From Octopus vulgaris (taxonomy: Eukaryota): a stretch of DNA of 64,000 bases. Shown here one piece after another: positions 52,207 to 64,000 of the stretch (position 1 is the stretch's first letter; the number at the start of each line of letters is the position of its first letter). The notes under the pieces were generated by a model that did not search any database, was not told the DNA's origin, and worked only from the letters and a program-made list of their open reading frames with translations. The position numbers were made by a program, and so were the translations under genes. The stretch lies in contig OX597837.1 of NCBI GenBank assembly GCA_951406725.2, positions 27,776,001-27,840,000 on the forward strand, in the 5' to 3' direction.

Positions 52207-52647
52207 AACAATTTTCATACAACTTCTCATCAAAAGAATTATGTTTTAAACTCATGTTGCATATGATCATTATATATGGTCTTTATAGATGTCTGTTATA
52301 TATGATCGTTATAGATGGCCGTTAAAACATCCAGAGAACCTTTTAAAGATTAATTTTAAATAGAACAGTGATTTTCGTCTAAACTCTCCCCTGTCCTATA
52401 TTTAAACTCAGTAATGCAAGTTAACGGATGCCATGCCCACCTCCAGTCTCAATAGCAGTTTGGACTGTCACTCTACACGAATATCTTATATACGCACGCG
52501 AGTACACACACTAGTGATCTTTCGTTATTTTCCCCTCCATGCCTACGTGAATTGTTTTTGAGTATACATTGTCTGAGAGACTCTTCTTATAGTAGAGGAA
52601 ATAGCTAAATTCTTTGGCTGCTATTTCTAATTTTCCTTGCTGAACCC

Positions 52648-53330
<683 letters not shown>

Positions 53331-54212
53331 CTGCATATAGATGCATAGAAATGTATGAGTGTGTACGTGCGCCTAGGAGTGCATCTGTATACAATTCAGT
53401 CCGATTGATTTCTCTTTCGCAATCCAGATCATTTTTGAGAGTAAAAATTGTAATTTATAAAAAAAAAAAAAAAAATAAAGCAACAGACAAATTATATTCG
53501 AATATTTATTTTGGAAAAATAAAGTGGGTGCAATGTATGTCAAATAATAAGCTTTTTTTCTACAATAAGTACAAGGTTTGGAATTTGGCGGGGGGCGGGG
53601 GGGCAGCGGGGTCAGTCGATTACATCGATCCCATTGTAGAAGGGGTACATATTTCATTGATTTCCCCCCCGAAAGAACGAAGTGCACAGCTGACCCTTTA
53701 CAGAATTTGACCCGCCGAAAACGTGAAGACGGATGAAATGTCGCTAAGTGTTTTTGTCCGGAGTCCCAACGATTCTGACAGCACGTCACCTCAATAAATA
53801 TATTCATTCTTGCATACATACACACGCACATATACATAACACATACATACATACGTACACACATACATACACACACACACACATATCATATATTATATAT
53901 GTGATGTATACATAATAATAATAATAATAATAATAGGGAATATAATTCCAAAACTTACTGGGAAAAATTCAATTTAATAATGTATGTATATATATATATG
54001 TGTGTGAGTGTATATACATATATATATATATATACATACATATCTATCTATATATATATACATACATATCTATCTATATATACATACATATCTATCTATA
54101 TATACATACATATCTATCTATATATACATACATATCTATCTATATATACATACATATCTATCTATATATACATACATATCTATCTATATATACATACATA
54201 TCTATCTATCTA

Positions 54213-54263
<51 letters not shown>

Positions 54264-54826
54264 CGTTTGTGTGAGTATATCTGTATTTTTGAATGTTTGT
54301 CCCTTACCACTGCTTGACAACCGTTGTTGGTTTGTTTAAGTCCCCGTAATTTAGCGGTTCTGCGAAAGAGACCGGTAGAATAAGAACCAAAAAATAAATA
54401 AATAAAAATAAAATAAAATTAAAAAAAAGGGGCTGCGGAAAGGGCATAATTGAAATATATATATATTCCAGTTGCTTTGTTCTCTACGAATGCTTTACGT
54501 CTGTGAGTTTTATGAATGAGTATTTGTGGAACATGAAGCAAATGAAGAACAGCAATTGATGGACAAAATCGGAAGCTGGTTGGACAAGAGTGGTAAGGCA
54601 ACCGAAGGACTCGAGCTCAACAGCGAAGGCTTTCGCTATAGAGTTACCAATGCATTGCAGGCGTAGGTCACATCACGACGAAGACTATAGGACCATACAT
54701 TGCACCCAGAAAGCGTGAAATATATAGGAGGGTGGTGGTGTTTATACCATAAGGCTGGGGTTTGCAGAAAGGTACGCATTCGGTCATACGTTTATGAATA
54801 CGAGTTTTGGCTTCTTTTAAGTGCCA

Positions 54827-55028
54827 TACGAAGGGGTGCTTAAAAGTTCCTGGCTTCAAGGAGGCCCAAACTTCTGCGTTCTTTTACAGAGCATAGAAAA
54901 ACTGAAGGACCGCTGCAATAAGTGTGTGGATCTGAGAGGGGAATATACTGGATAAAATCATAAGGAACTTATCCTCCTGTGATTTTCTTTTACTCAAAAT
55001 CAGAAATTTTTCACCATCCCCTCGGATA
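54827..55028 (+). mobile_element. Mariner-derived MITE-like relic
   Basis: Imperfect TIRs TACGAAGGGGTGCTTAAAAGTTCCTG and CAGAAATTTTTCACCATCCCCTCGGATA; internal IEKLKDRCNKCVDLRGEY. Confidence 0.7.
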
Positions 55029-55032
55029 TATA

Positions 55033-55066
<34 letters not shown>

Positions 55067-55169
55067 AAGTTAATCCAAACATGAAAATACAAAGAGAAAA
55101 CACGACAACGCGAGGACGTGGAGCAAGTATAGTATTATTGGACGCTCGGGAAGGGAGGGAAGAAGGAGG

Positions 55170-55204
55170 GTTTAACGTTTCGAGCGGAGCTCTTCGTCGG
55201 AAAC
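55170..55204 (-). ncRNA. Minimal hammerhead-like motif in a Penelope-like terminal fragment
   Basis: Minus strand GTTT-CCGACGA-A-GAGC-TCC-GCTC-GAAA-CG-TT-AAAC. Confidence 0.6.
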
Positions 55205-55224
55205 ATGTGTGCGTGCGTGTGTGT

Positions 55225-55267
<43 letters not shown>

Positions 55268-55321
55268 TATGTGTGAGTGTGTGTCTGTGTGTGTGCGTGT
55301 GTGAGTGAGTGATTGAGAGAG

Positions 55322-55366
<45 letters not shown>

Positions 55367-55914
55367 GACAGACAGACAAAGAGACAGAGAATGTGACAAG
55401 TATAAATGTCGTTTGGACTGAATCCCCGCAGCTGCAACACGGTCACGTGACTGGATATCTCATTTCACTTTGATTTTTAAATATTTATTTCGCGAGAGAG
55501 TAATCTCCCTTGTCTCACATTAAAACCACATCAACTTATGGAATGCATTGACCAAACTAGCCGTTTTCTTACGCTAATGGCTGATTGTTCTCGGATAATC
55601 TCGAACCAAGATGACTAAAAGTCGATACAGACGTCATGTTTGTTCAAATTTGTAACTTTAGTTACAACAAGCTTATTTTCACTGACGATATATATTAACA
55701 AATATGAGTGCTATTATATGAGCCTGTGTATATATTTATGTATAGATAAATAAATGCATATATAAAGCAGCAGGAGTTCTCTTCTGCTTGCAAGGAATAT
55801 CGGGTGCGAAAATGCACTCAATAACTAGCTGGAGAAGATGTCTTCCTGCGGTTAAGATGGCGCAGTATCGTCGGTTCTTAGAGAACACACACGTTAAACT
55901 GGTACTAAACACTA

Positions 55915-55950
<36 letters not shown>

Positions 55951-56182
55951 TGGTGTGTGTGTGTGCGCATGTATGTATGTATATATGTATGTATGTGTGC
56001 AATTGCTCTTAGACGACTCACGCGCGTTTATATATATACATACAAATTGAGATAGGGGTTGTAAATGCTGCTTTTTATATTTAACCCTACAGTCTCTTAT
56101 GTGGTGGTTTAATAAAGTATGTGATTGAGTATTATCTGGTAATTGATATTTGATTTAGATGTATTTCTCCATTTTCTTATCT

Positions 56183-56235
<53 letters not shown>

Positions 56236-56723
56236 GCATACACACACACACCCATTTAAATAAATATGTGCATTATGCATGCATACATATAGGTATATAT
56301 GAAAAACACTAAACCGGCTTTTTATCTAATATTCGGTTATCTATTTTACGGTGCAATGCCGATTTGATATATCAGCTGAAATGGATCTATAATACTGTGG
56401 ACTCTGATTTATATGAACATACACACATAGATGCATGCAAGCATACATACATACATACATACATGCATACATACATACATGCATACATACATACATACAT
56501 ACATGTACATACATACATACATACATACATACATACATACATACATACATACATACATACAGTGCAAGACTTTCCTCAGCTTTAAAATGTGATATTGTTT
56601 TCGTTATCTACATTTCAAAGATGTAGCTTTATATCTTTGTTTGAAACCTTCTTCAGAGGAAGAATTTGAATGATTAAATACAGAATACACACACACACAC
56701 ACATACACACCTACGTCTAAACA

Positions 56724-56771
<48 letters not shown>

Positions 56772-56846
56772 TCACACACACACACATATGTACAGAATAT
56801 GTAATATATGAATAATTATGTTATATGCAATTATATATACATATGC

Positions 56847-56890
<44 letters not shown>

Positions 56891-56956
56891 CAAATATATG
56901 TATATAAGTGTATAATAAATATGTATATATATATGGAGATATATATATATATACAT

Positions 56957-56992
<36 letters not shown>

Positions 56993-57293
56993 CGGGAGAA
57001 TGAGAGAGTGTATATATTTATATATATACGTATTATATGTGTACGAACTTTTCTTTCTTCGTTCCAAAGTTTAATATTTTTTCAATTGTTTATGAAATTC
57101 AAGAAATTCATATCATATTCTTTCCTTTCTCTCTTCTTTCCCGTTTTCTTTCATTTCTTTCTGTTCTCCACCTCTTCATTCCCCCCCTAGTTCTCTATAT
57201 CTCGCTCTCCTCTTCCTCCTACTTCTTTCTCTCTCCTCCTCCTCCTGTTTCTCTCTGTCTCACTCTCTCTCGTATTCTACGCCTTCTCTTTAC

Positions 57294-57406
57294 TCAGATC
57301 ACACTGTTTATCCAATCGATATAGTTGAACACTCTTATGTAGACTCCGACACCGTTCTTCACACCCCAGTTGACGATCCCTTCTAGGTACCACGTTTCTA
57401 CGTAAT
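57294..57406 (-). CDS. S1A serine protease (factor C-like), terminal exon
   Basis: DYVETWYLEGIVNWGVKNGVGVYIRVFNYIDWINSVI then TGA; TTTTCAG acceptor, phase 1. Confidence 0.9.
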
Positions 57407-57439
57407 CTGAAAATTGAGCAAATAAATAAATAAATAAAT

Positions 57440-57462
57440 AAATAATAATAATACTAAGAATC

Positions 57463-57493
<31 letters not shown>

Positions 57494-57594
57494 TAATAAT
57501 AATAATAATGATAATAATGATAATAATAATAATAATAATAATAATAAAATAATAATAATAATAATTAATAATTATAATAATAATAATAATAATG

Positions 57595-57631
<37 letters not shown>

Positions 57632-57660
57632 TAATAATAATAACAACAATAATAATAATG

Positions 57661-57727
<67 letters not shown>

Positions 57728-57744
57728 TAATAATGATAATAATA

Positions 57745-57785
<41 letters not shown>
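57440..57785. repeat. (AAT)n microsatellite in the last protease intron
   Basis: Direct reading. Confidence 0.97.
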
Positions 57786-57982
57786 TGTTTCAAATTTTGG
57801 TACAATGCCAGCCACCTGGGGGATTTGTATGGCGATTTCATCGACCCCCAGTACTTGATTGGTACTTATTATCTTGACTTCGATAGGTCAACCGCGAGGG
57901 AATTTGAGCTCAGAACGTAAAAATGGACGAAACGCCATGAAGCATTTTGTCCAGCATGCAAACGGTCCTGCTGGCTATGATG

Positions 57983-58023
<41 letters not shown>

Positions 58024-58026
<3 letters not shown>

Positions 58027-58244
58027 TCTCTTTACTCTTTTACTCTTTTACTTGTTTCAGTCATTTGACTGCGGCCATGCTGGAACACCGCCTTTTAGTC
58101 GAGTAAATCGACCCCGGGACTTATTCTTTGTAAGCCCAGTACTTATTCCATCGGGCTCTTTTGCCGAACCGCTTGGTGACGGGGATGTAAACACACCAGC
58201 ATCGGTTGTCAAGCAATGCTGGGGGGACAAACACAGACACACAA

Positions 58245-58297
<53 letters not shown>

Positions 58298-58451
58298 CAT
58301 ATATACGACAGGCTTCTTTCAGTTTCCGTCTACCAAATCCACTCACAAGGCATTGGTCGGCCCGGGGCTATAGCAGAAGACACTTGCCCAAGATGCCACG
58401 CAGTGGGACTGAACCCGGAACCATGTGGTTGGTTAGCAAGCTACTTACCAC
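58024..58451 (-). mobile_element. SINE A with clipped head
   Basis: Homology to family. Confidence 0.85.
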
Positions 58452-58472
58452 AATAATAATAATAATAATAAT

Positions 58473-59030
58473 AAATGCCCTGATGCAGTACCAGGCAGTG
58501 GCTCTCATGGCTTCTGATCTTAACTGATTGGAGGTGTTATCATGTACATTGTTTTGTCTTGGTATAAAAGATGGGCTACAGCAAATATTCTGCTCAATAC
58601 CACAGATTTGCTTGTCAGTTGTTTGACCTTAACCAGTTGAGCATGTCCCTTAGTGGATGACGATATGTGCATCTCTGATCACGAGCAGAAGTAGTGGGGG
58701 AGCATCATAGCCATGTGTTGAGAGGGATTCTTTGGGGTTTGAATAATTCACCTCTGGAAACATGGGTGGTTCTTTCAACATCCTTAAACAACCCTTATTC
58801 AGGGACCCTTTGAGCGGGATGGGCTACTCAACCTGAAGAAAATTCTAACTGGGCCCCACCTGCAAGGTCATGTGCTGTTTATCTTGATATGAGATCACCA
58901 TGTCGTGCACATATGGTTGTGATGCCTGTGCCTGGTGTACCCTTATCAGACGGGTAGTCATGATGGATACACTGGGCTTCGTATATTTTACTCCAATGTC
59001 ACTTTGTTGGCATGTACTGCTCTCTCACTC
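58473..59030. mobile_element. Probable interspersed repeat of about 560 bp embedded in (AAT)n
   Basis: Balanced-GC block bounded on both sides by AAT repeats; class not determined. Confidence 0.45.
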
Positions 59031-59270
59031 AATAATAATAATAATAATAATGATTGCTGGCCTTGTGCCAAAATTTGAAACCAATATTAGAAATCAGTGA
59101 TGCTGCTGATGATTGTAACGATGAGGACCTTATTTTTTTTAATATAGTGGGCAACGTGGAAGGTTTTGGAATGTGCGATGGGGGAAATGAAGTGTGAAGT
59201 TATGTTTTCGTGCCTTTTCCTCAATGAATTAATTAAATACTCCAAAGAAAAAATAATTAATTATACATAC

Positions 59271-59399
59271 CACGACATGTCCTGAACACCATACCACCAC
59301 CGGAATCGTATTTCTGCGAATCAGTGAGTACCCTGTTTTCGTCTGGTTTCGTCCCTGCACAGAATACCTTTTCGAGGTATTTGCTTTCCATTAGGGGAA
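59271..59399 (-). CDS. Serine protease exon with catalytic Ser
   Basis: FPLMESKYLEKVFCAG...TDSQKYDSGGGMVFRTCR; Ser codon at 59304-59302; AG and GT boundaries, phase 1-1. Confidence 0.88.
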
Positions 59400-59462
59400 C
59401 TGCTCAGAAAAGAAACAAAAATGATCGTCTGTTATTATATCCCTGTACTTCTATGAAATCTA

Positions 59463-59852
59463 TACTCTTTACTCTTTTACTCTTTTACTCGTTTCAGTCA
59501 TTTGACTGTGGCCATGCTGGAGCACCGCCTTTAGTCGAGCAAATCGACCCCAGGACTTATTCTTTGTAAGCCTAGTACTTACTCTATCGGTCTCTTTTGC
59601 CGAACCGCTAAGTTACGGGGATGCAATCACACCAAGCGATGTTGGGGGGACAAACACAGACACACAAACATATACACACACATACATATATACATATGCA
59701 TATATACGGCGGCCTTCTTTCAGTTTCCATCTACCAAATCCACTCACAAGACTTTGGTTGGCCCGAGGCTATAGTAGAAGATACATGCCGAAGGTGCCAC
59801 GCAGTGGGACTGAACCCAGTCAAGCTACTTACCACACAGCCACTCCTGCGCC
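59463..59852 (-). mobile_element. SINE A
   Basis: Homology to family. Confidence 0.82.
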
Positions 59853-60330
59853 TATATTTATAATTTTTTAGGGGAGAAACGTCACAAAGTGGCGTATCTC
59901 TATTTTAATTCATAACCGAGTGACTAAACCTCTACATGACTATTGGTTAAGCAACTTGCTTTCCAGCTATGTGGTCTTAGGTTCAGTCCTACTGTGCGGC
60001 ACCTTAGGCAAGTGTTTTCTACTGTACCTCCAGGCCGACCAGAGCTTGGTGAATGGATTTAGTTTGGGGAAACTGAAAGAAGCCCGTCGTGTATCTGTTA
60101 AATTTGTGCGAAGTATGTTTAAGAGTTGAAAATTCTCGGAAGCATTTTTTGCAGAGTAATAATACAAAAAAAAAAGAGAAAAAGCGGATTGAATCTCTGA
60201 AAAAATTCTAATAACAATTGTCTGACACGCTTCTCCTACATGTACAATTTTGTAACTCCTATTAGCAAATGAAACACATGTAATGGTGAATAAATAATAC
60301 GAAATTTTTTCCAATCACCTGTTTATATAT

Positions 60331-60430
60331 GCGTGGCACCTTGGGCAAGTGTCTTCTACTATAGCCTCGTGCCGAGGCTATAGTAGCCTTGCAAGTAGCC
60401 TTAGTTGACGGAATCTGAAAGAAGCCCGTC

Positions 60431-60480
<50 letters not shown>

Positions 60481-60710
60481 GTATATGTGTGTGTGTGTGT
60501 GTGTGTCTGTGTTTGTGTGTCTGTGTTTGTCCACCCACCCCAACATCGCCTGAAAACCGATGTTAGTGTGTTTCCGTCCCCGTAACTTAGCGGTTCGGCA
60601 AAAGATGGAATAAGTACTGGGCTTATAAAGAATAAGTACTGAGGTCGATTCGTTCGACTAAAGGTGGTGCTCCAGCACGGCCGTATTCAAATGACTGAAA
60701 GAAATAAAAG
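60331..60710 (+). mobile_element. SINE A, partial and diverged
   Basis: Homology to family. Confidence 0.78.
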
Positions 60711-60747
60711 AATACAATAAAATTTCGACGAGATTCTCTCAACTTAC

Positions 60748-61024
60748 ATTCTTTCCTGATATTTGTCAGACAATCGGCGTCTCTGAAAATCGATACTTTG
60801 GTGGTCAGTAAGCGACTGGCCTTAACTTTTTTTTCAGTCAGGCCCCAACCAGACACAAAGCCCTTGGTGTCTTTTATTGCGTAGTGTAATAACATTGATT
60901 TATCCGGCAGACATATCGGCTTCGCGAAAGGTCCGAGTTTCACTTTTCTAGACAAATAAATCAAAGCGATATCATTCTCCTTTGTTGATGGTCGGTAATA
61001 GTCGTGGATATAAACATCGTCGGC
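60748..61024 (-). CDS. Serine protease exon with catalytic Asp
   Basis: ADDVYIHDYY...ENDIALIYL...KPICLP...GFVSGWG...; phase 0-1, T|GTAAGT donor. Confidence 0.92.
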
Positions 61025-61211
61025 CTAAATTGGGATTGGTGAAAAAGAGAGAAAAAAAAAGAAAAACAATAACAACACCAATTAGAATTTTCTTAACGAT
61101 TTTGTCCCAAACAAGACATGAAGCTACTGTTACTACAAAAAAGGAAAAGAAGGGTCCTCCAAATTCAAAGATGTTCTTTGACAGAAAGCTTAAAAGACTG
61201 AATATAATAGA

Positions 61212-61608
61212 CTAGCAGCATCGCCCGGCGTTGCTCGGGTTTGTAAGGGAAATAACTATACAGCATTTTTAGAGAGTTATAGCCAAAAAAATAGCAAAAA
61301 AATGCATTAAAAATGGAAAAAATATGATGGTAAATTTTTTTTAAAATCGTTGACTCATCATAGACATTTTTAAAGAGTTACTTCCCTTAAAAAAAATATG
61401 CATGAAAATGGAAAAAATGATGGTAAATTATTTTTAAAATCGTAAACTCATCGTAGACGCGCGCTAATACCCAGACGGGCTCGATATGAATCACGACTAT
61501 AAGATACCCGGTTTTGGTTAAACTGCACCGCAAAATGTGGGAGTAGTTAGGAATCTAAATCGAAGGGGACAGACACTCACACAACTACAGTTTTATATAT
61601 AAAGAAGA
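61212..61608 (-). mobile_element. Helitron-like element, same family as 2152-2617
   Basis: A|TC start at 61608, CTAG|T end at 61212, subterminal hairpin CCCGAGCAACGCCGGG. Confidence 0.85.
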
Positions 61609-61776
61609 TTAGAGGAAAATAAGACGCTGATAGTGAGTTCCAGAGTACAACATGTGAGACACGGGACATATAAAAGGGTTAAGAAAGCGGAGGAAGAATT
61701 CGAAGAAGAAGAAGAGAATTACCGAAGACATAATACGGGAAGTGTGAACTAACAATGAAGAGTGTGTTCTCCATAC

Positions 61777-62069
61777 CTCAAACTTCTGGACATATCTGTC
61801 ATCGTGGGAGTTGTTTGCGTACACTTTACTGATGTGAATCACGATCTGACGTAGAGGTAGGGAATCCTTGGATGTTGAGGCCGTGATGCAGTGTGCCGCG
61901 GTCAAAACCCACCGATCGCTGATCAGGGTGCCACCACATCGAAGAACAAATTCCTTCAGACCGATATCTGTCGATATGGCCGCATGCCACGGCATGGCTT
62001 CTCGGGGGTATGCTCTACCACCGAGTATATTCTCCACATCCATATCGTGTTTGCTTGTTCGTCCACATT
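61777..62069 (-). CDS. Serine protease exon with activation site and catalytic His; upstream exons lie outside the window
   Basis: CGRT...EN-ILGG...PWHAAI...CGGTLISDRWVLTAAHC; TTTAG acceptor phase 1, GAG|GTATGG donor. Confidence 0.93.
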
Positions 62070-62143
62070 CTAAATTGAAAAGAATAACGGAATAAACGAA
62101 TGTAATTATTAAATGAACGAATGTGTCATCGAATGAAAACATA

Positions 62144-62469
62144 GGCGTAGGAGTGGCTGTGTGGTAAATAGCTTGCTTACCAACCACATGGTTCCGGGTT
62201 CAGTCCCACTGCGTGGCACCTTGGGCAAGTGTCTTCTACTATAGCCTCGGGCCGACCAAAGCCTTGTGAGTGGATTTGGTAGACAGAAACTGAAAGAAGT
62301 CCGTTATATATATATATATATATATATATCTATATATATTTAAAAAAGGAGATGTGGAACACAAGTTGTGATATATAAAAAAAGGAAATGAAGAAAATGC
62401 TGACAAAATAATTTAAGTACACTCTCCCTTACTTAAATTATTTTGTCAGCATTTTCTTAATTTCCTTTT

Positions 62470-62508
<39 letters not shown>

Positions 62509-62740
62509 GTATGTATGTATGTACGTGTGTATATATGTTTGTGTGTCTGTGTCTGTCCCTCCAACATCGTTTGACAACCGATGCTGGTGTGTTTACGTCC
62601 AGTAACTTAGCGGTTCGGCAAAAGTGACAGATAGTGTAAGCACTAGGCTTACAAAGAATAAGTCCCGGGGTTGATTTGCTCGACTAAAGGCGCTGCTCCA
62701 GCATGGCCAGAGTCAAATGACTGAAACAAGTAAAAGAGTA
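62144..62740 (+). mobile_element. SINE A with a fold-back fragment nested in its (TA)n
   Basis: Head GGCGTAGGAGTGGCTGTGTGG, tail AAAAGAGTA; insert at 62340-62470. Confidence 0.85.
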
Positions 62741-62989
62741 TTGTTACAGAAGCTGTGAACGTGTAGAGTCGGTGACTAGTTTTGAGATTATGAAAGAGAA
62801 AAAATGGATTTATTTATTTATCTTTCATCTTTTGTCTTTTGTTTCTTTCAGTCATTGGACTACGGCCATGCTTGGGCAACACCCTGAACGATTTAATCGA
62901 GCAAATCGACCCCAATACTTAAGTAAGCCTGGGGCTTACTTAATCGGAATGTTTGCCCGACGGCTATGTTGTAGAGACAAACATAAACT

Positions 62990-63010
62990 CAGACACACTC
63001 ACACACACAC

Positions 63011-63066
<56 letters not shown>

Positions 63067-63322
63067 ACAGACAGACACACACAGACACACACACACAGAC
63101 ATACATAAAACCACACACACACACACGCACATACACAAGCACACACAAAACCACACACATACGCGCACACACACAGACACACACACACACACACAGACAG
63201 ACAGACAGACACAGACACACACACAGACACACACAAAACCACACACACACACGCACAGACACAGACACACAGACACAGATAGACACACACACACGCGCAC
63301 ACACACACACAGAGACACACAC

Positions 63323-63353
<31 letters not shown>

Positions 63354-63423
63354 CACACACACACACAGACACACACAAAACCACACACACACACGCACAC
63401 ACACAGACACACAGACACACACA

Positions 63424-63480
<57 letters not shown>
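62990..63480. repeat. (CA)n/(CAGA)n microsatellite inside a diverged SINE A
   Basis: Direct reading. Confidence 0.95.
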
Positions 63481-63483
<3 letters not shown>

Positions 63484-64000
63484 ATGGTTTATTCAGTTCC
63501 CGCCTACCAAATCCATTCAGGAGGCTTTGATCAGTTCGGGGCTATAGTAGAAGAGACTTACCCAAGGTGCCGCGCTGTGGGATTGAACTTAAAACCACCT
63601 GATTGAAAAGCAAGTTTCTTAACATCGCAACACGATACACTGGATAGATATCTTCTGTTTATAGCCTCGGGACGATCAATGCTTTTAGAGTGAATTGGCA
63701 GACGGAGACTGTGCGGAAACTCGACGAATACGTGTGTGAGAGCGTGTGTGTATGAGTGTGTGTATACGAGTGTGCGTGCGAGCGTGTGTGTTTGTGTGTG
63801 TGTTTGTGTGTGAGTGTGTGTGTATGTGAGTGTGTGTGAGCGTATGTATGAGTGTGTGCATGTGAGTGTCTGTTTGTGGGTGGGTGTGTGTGAATATGTG
63901 CATTTGGCCTTCACCACCGCTTGTCGACCGACTTTGGTTTGTTTACGTCCCAGTTTATATGCGGCTCAGCAAAAGAAACCGATGTAATTTAGTACCAGAC

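Noticed and set aside
57407-57815. Poly-Ile N-terminal part of the 173-aa minus ORF
   Set aside because: (ATT)n intron sequence in frame with the real terminal exon, which starts at the AG acceptor at 57407-57408

Overview
AT-rich, repeat-dense animal genomic DNA. The SINE families, (TA)n/(TATG)n load and gene content suggest an octopus or other coleoid cephalopod (inference, not verified). Two spliced genes can be rebuilt by hand from GT-AG junctions with consistent phases. (1) A complete 9-coding-exon organic anion transporting polypeptide (OATP/SLCO family) gene on + (24855-51857, 2112 nt, 703 aa). (2) The last 4 exons of a convergent S1A serine protease on - (62069-57294; its 5' end lies beyond the window). 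The protease resembles horseshoe-crab clotting factor C and has an atypical active-site loop (DSQKYDSGG). The first 24 kb is a recent near-identical tandem duplication (1-10381 matches 11780-24253) carrying 36-bp satellite arrays. The rest is tRNA-derived SINEs (3 families), RTE and R4/Dong-like LINE relics, Penelope-like fragments, mariner relics, Helitron-like elements and microsatellites. The most unusual signals are RNA-structural: several minimal type I hammerhead ribozyme motifs (one canonical, several with a variant CUGU core and stem covariation), asymmetric fold-back elements, and a TSD-flanked 10x61-bp array whose monomer has hammerhead-like architecture. Nearly all ORFs in the supplied track are microsatellite or repeat noise.
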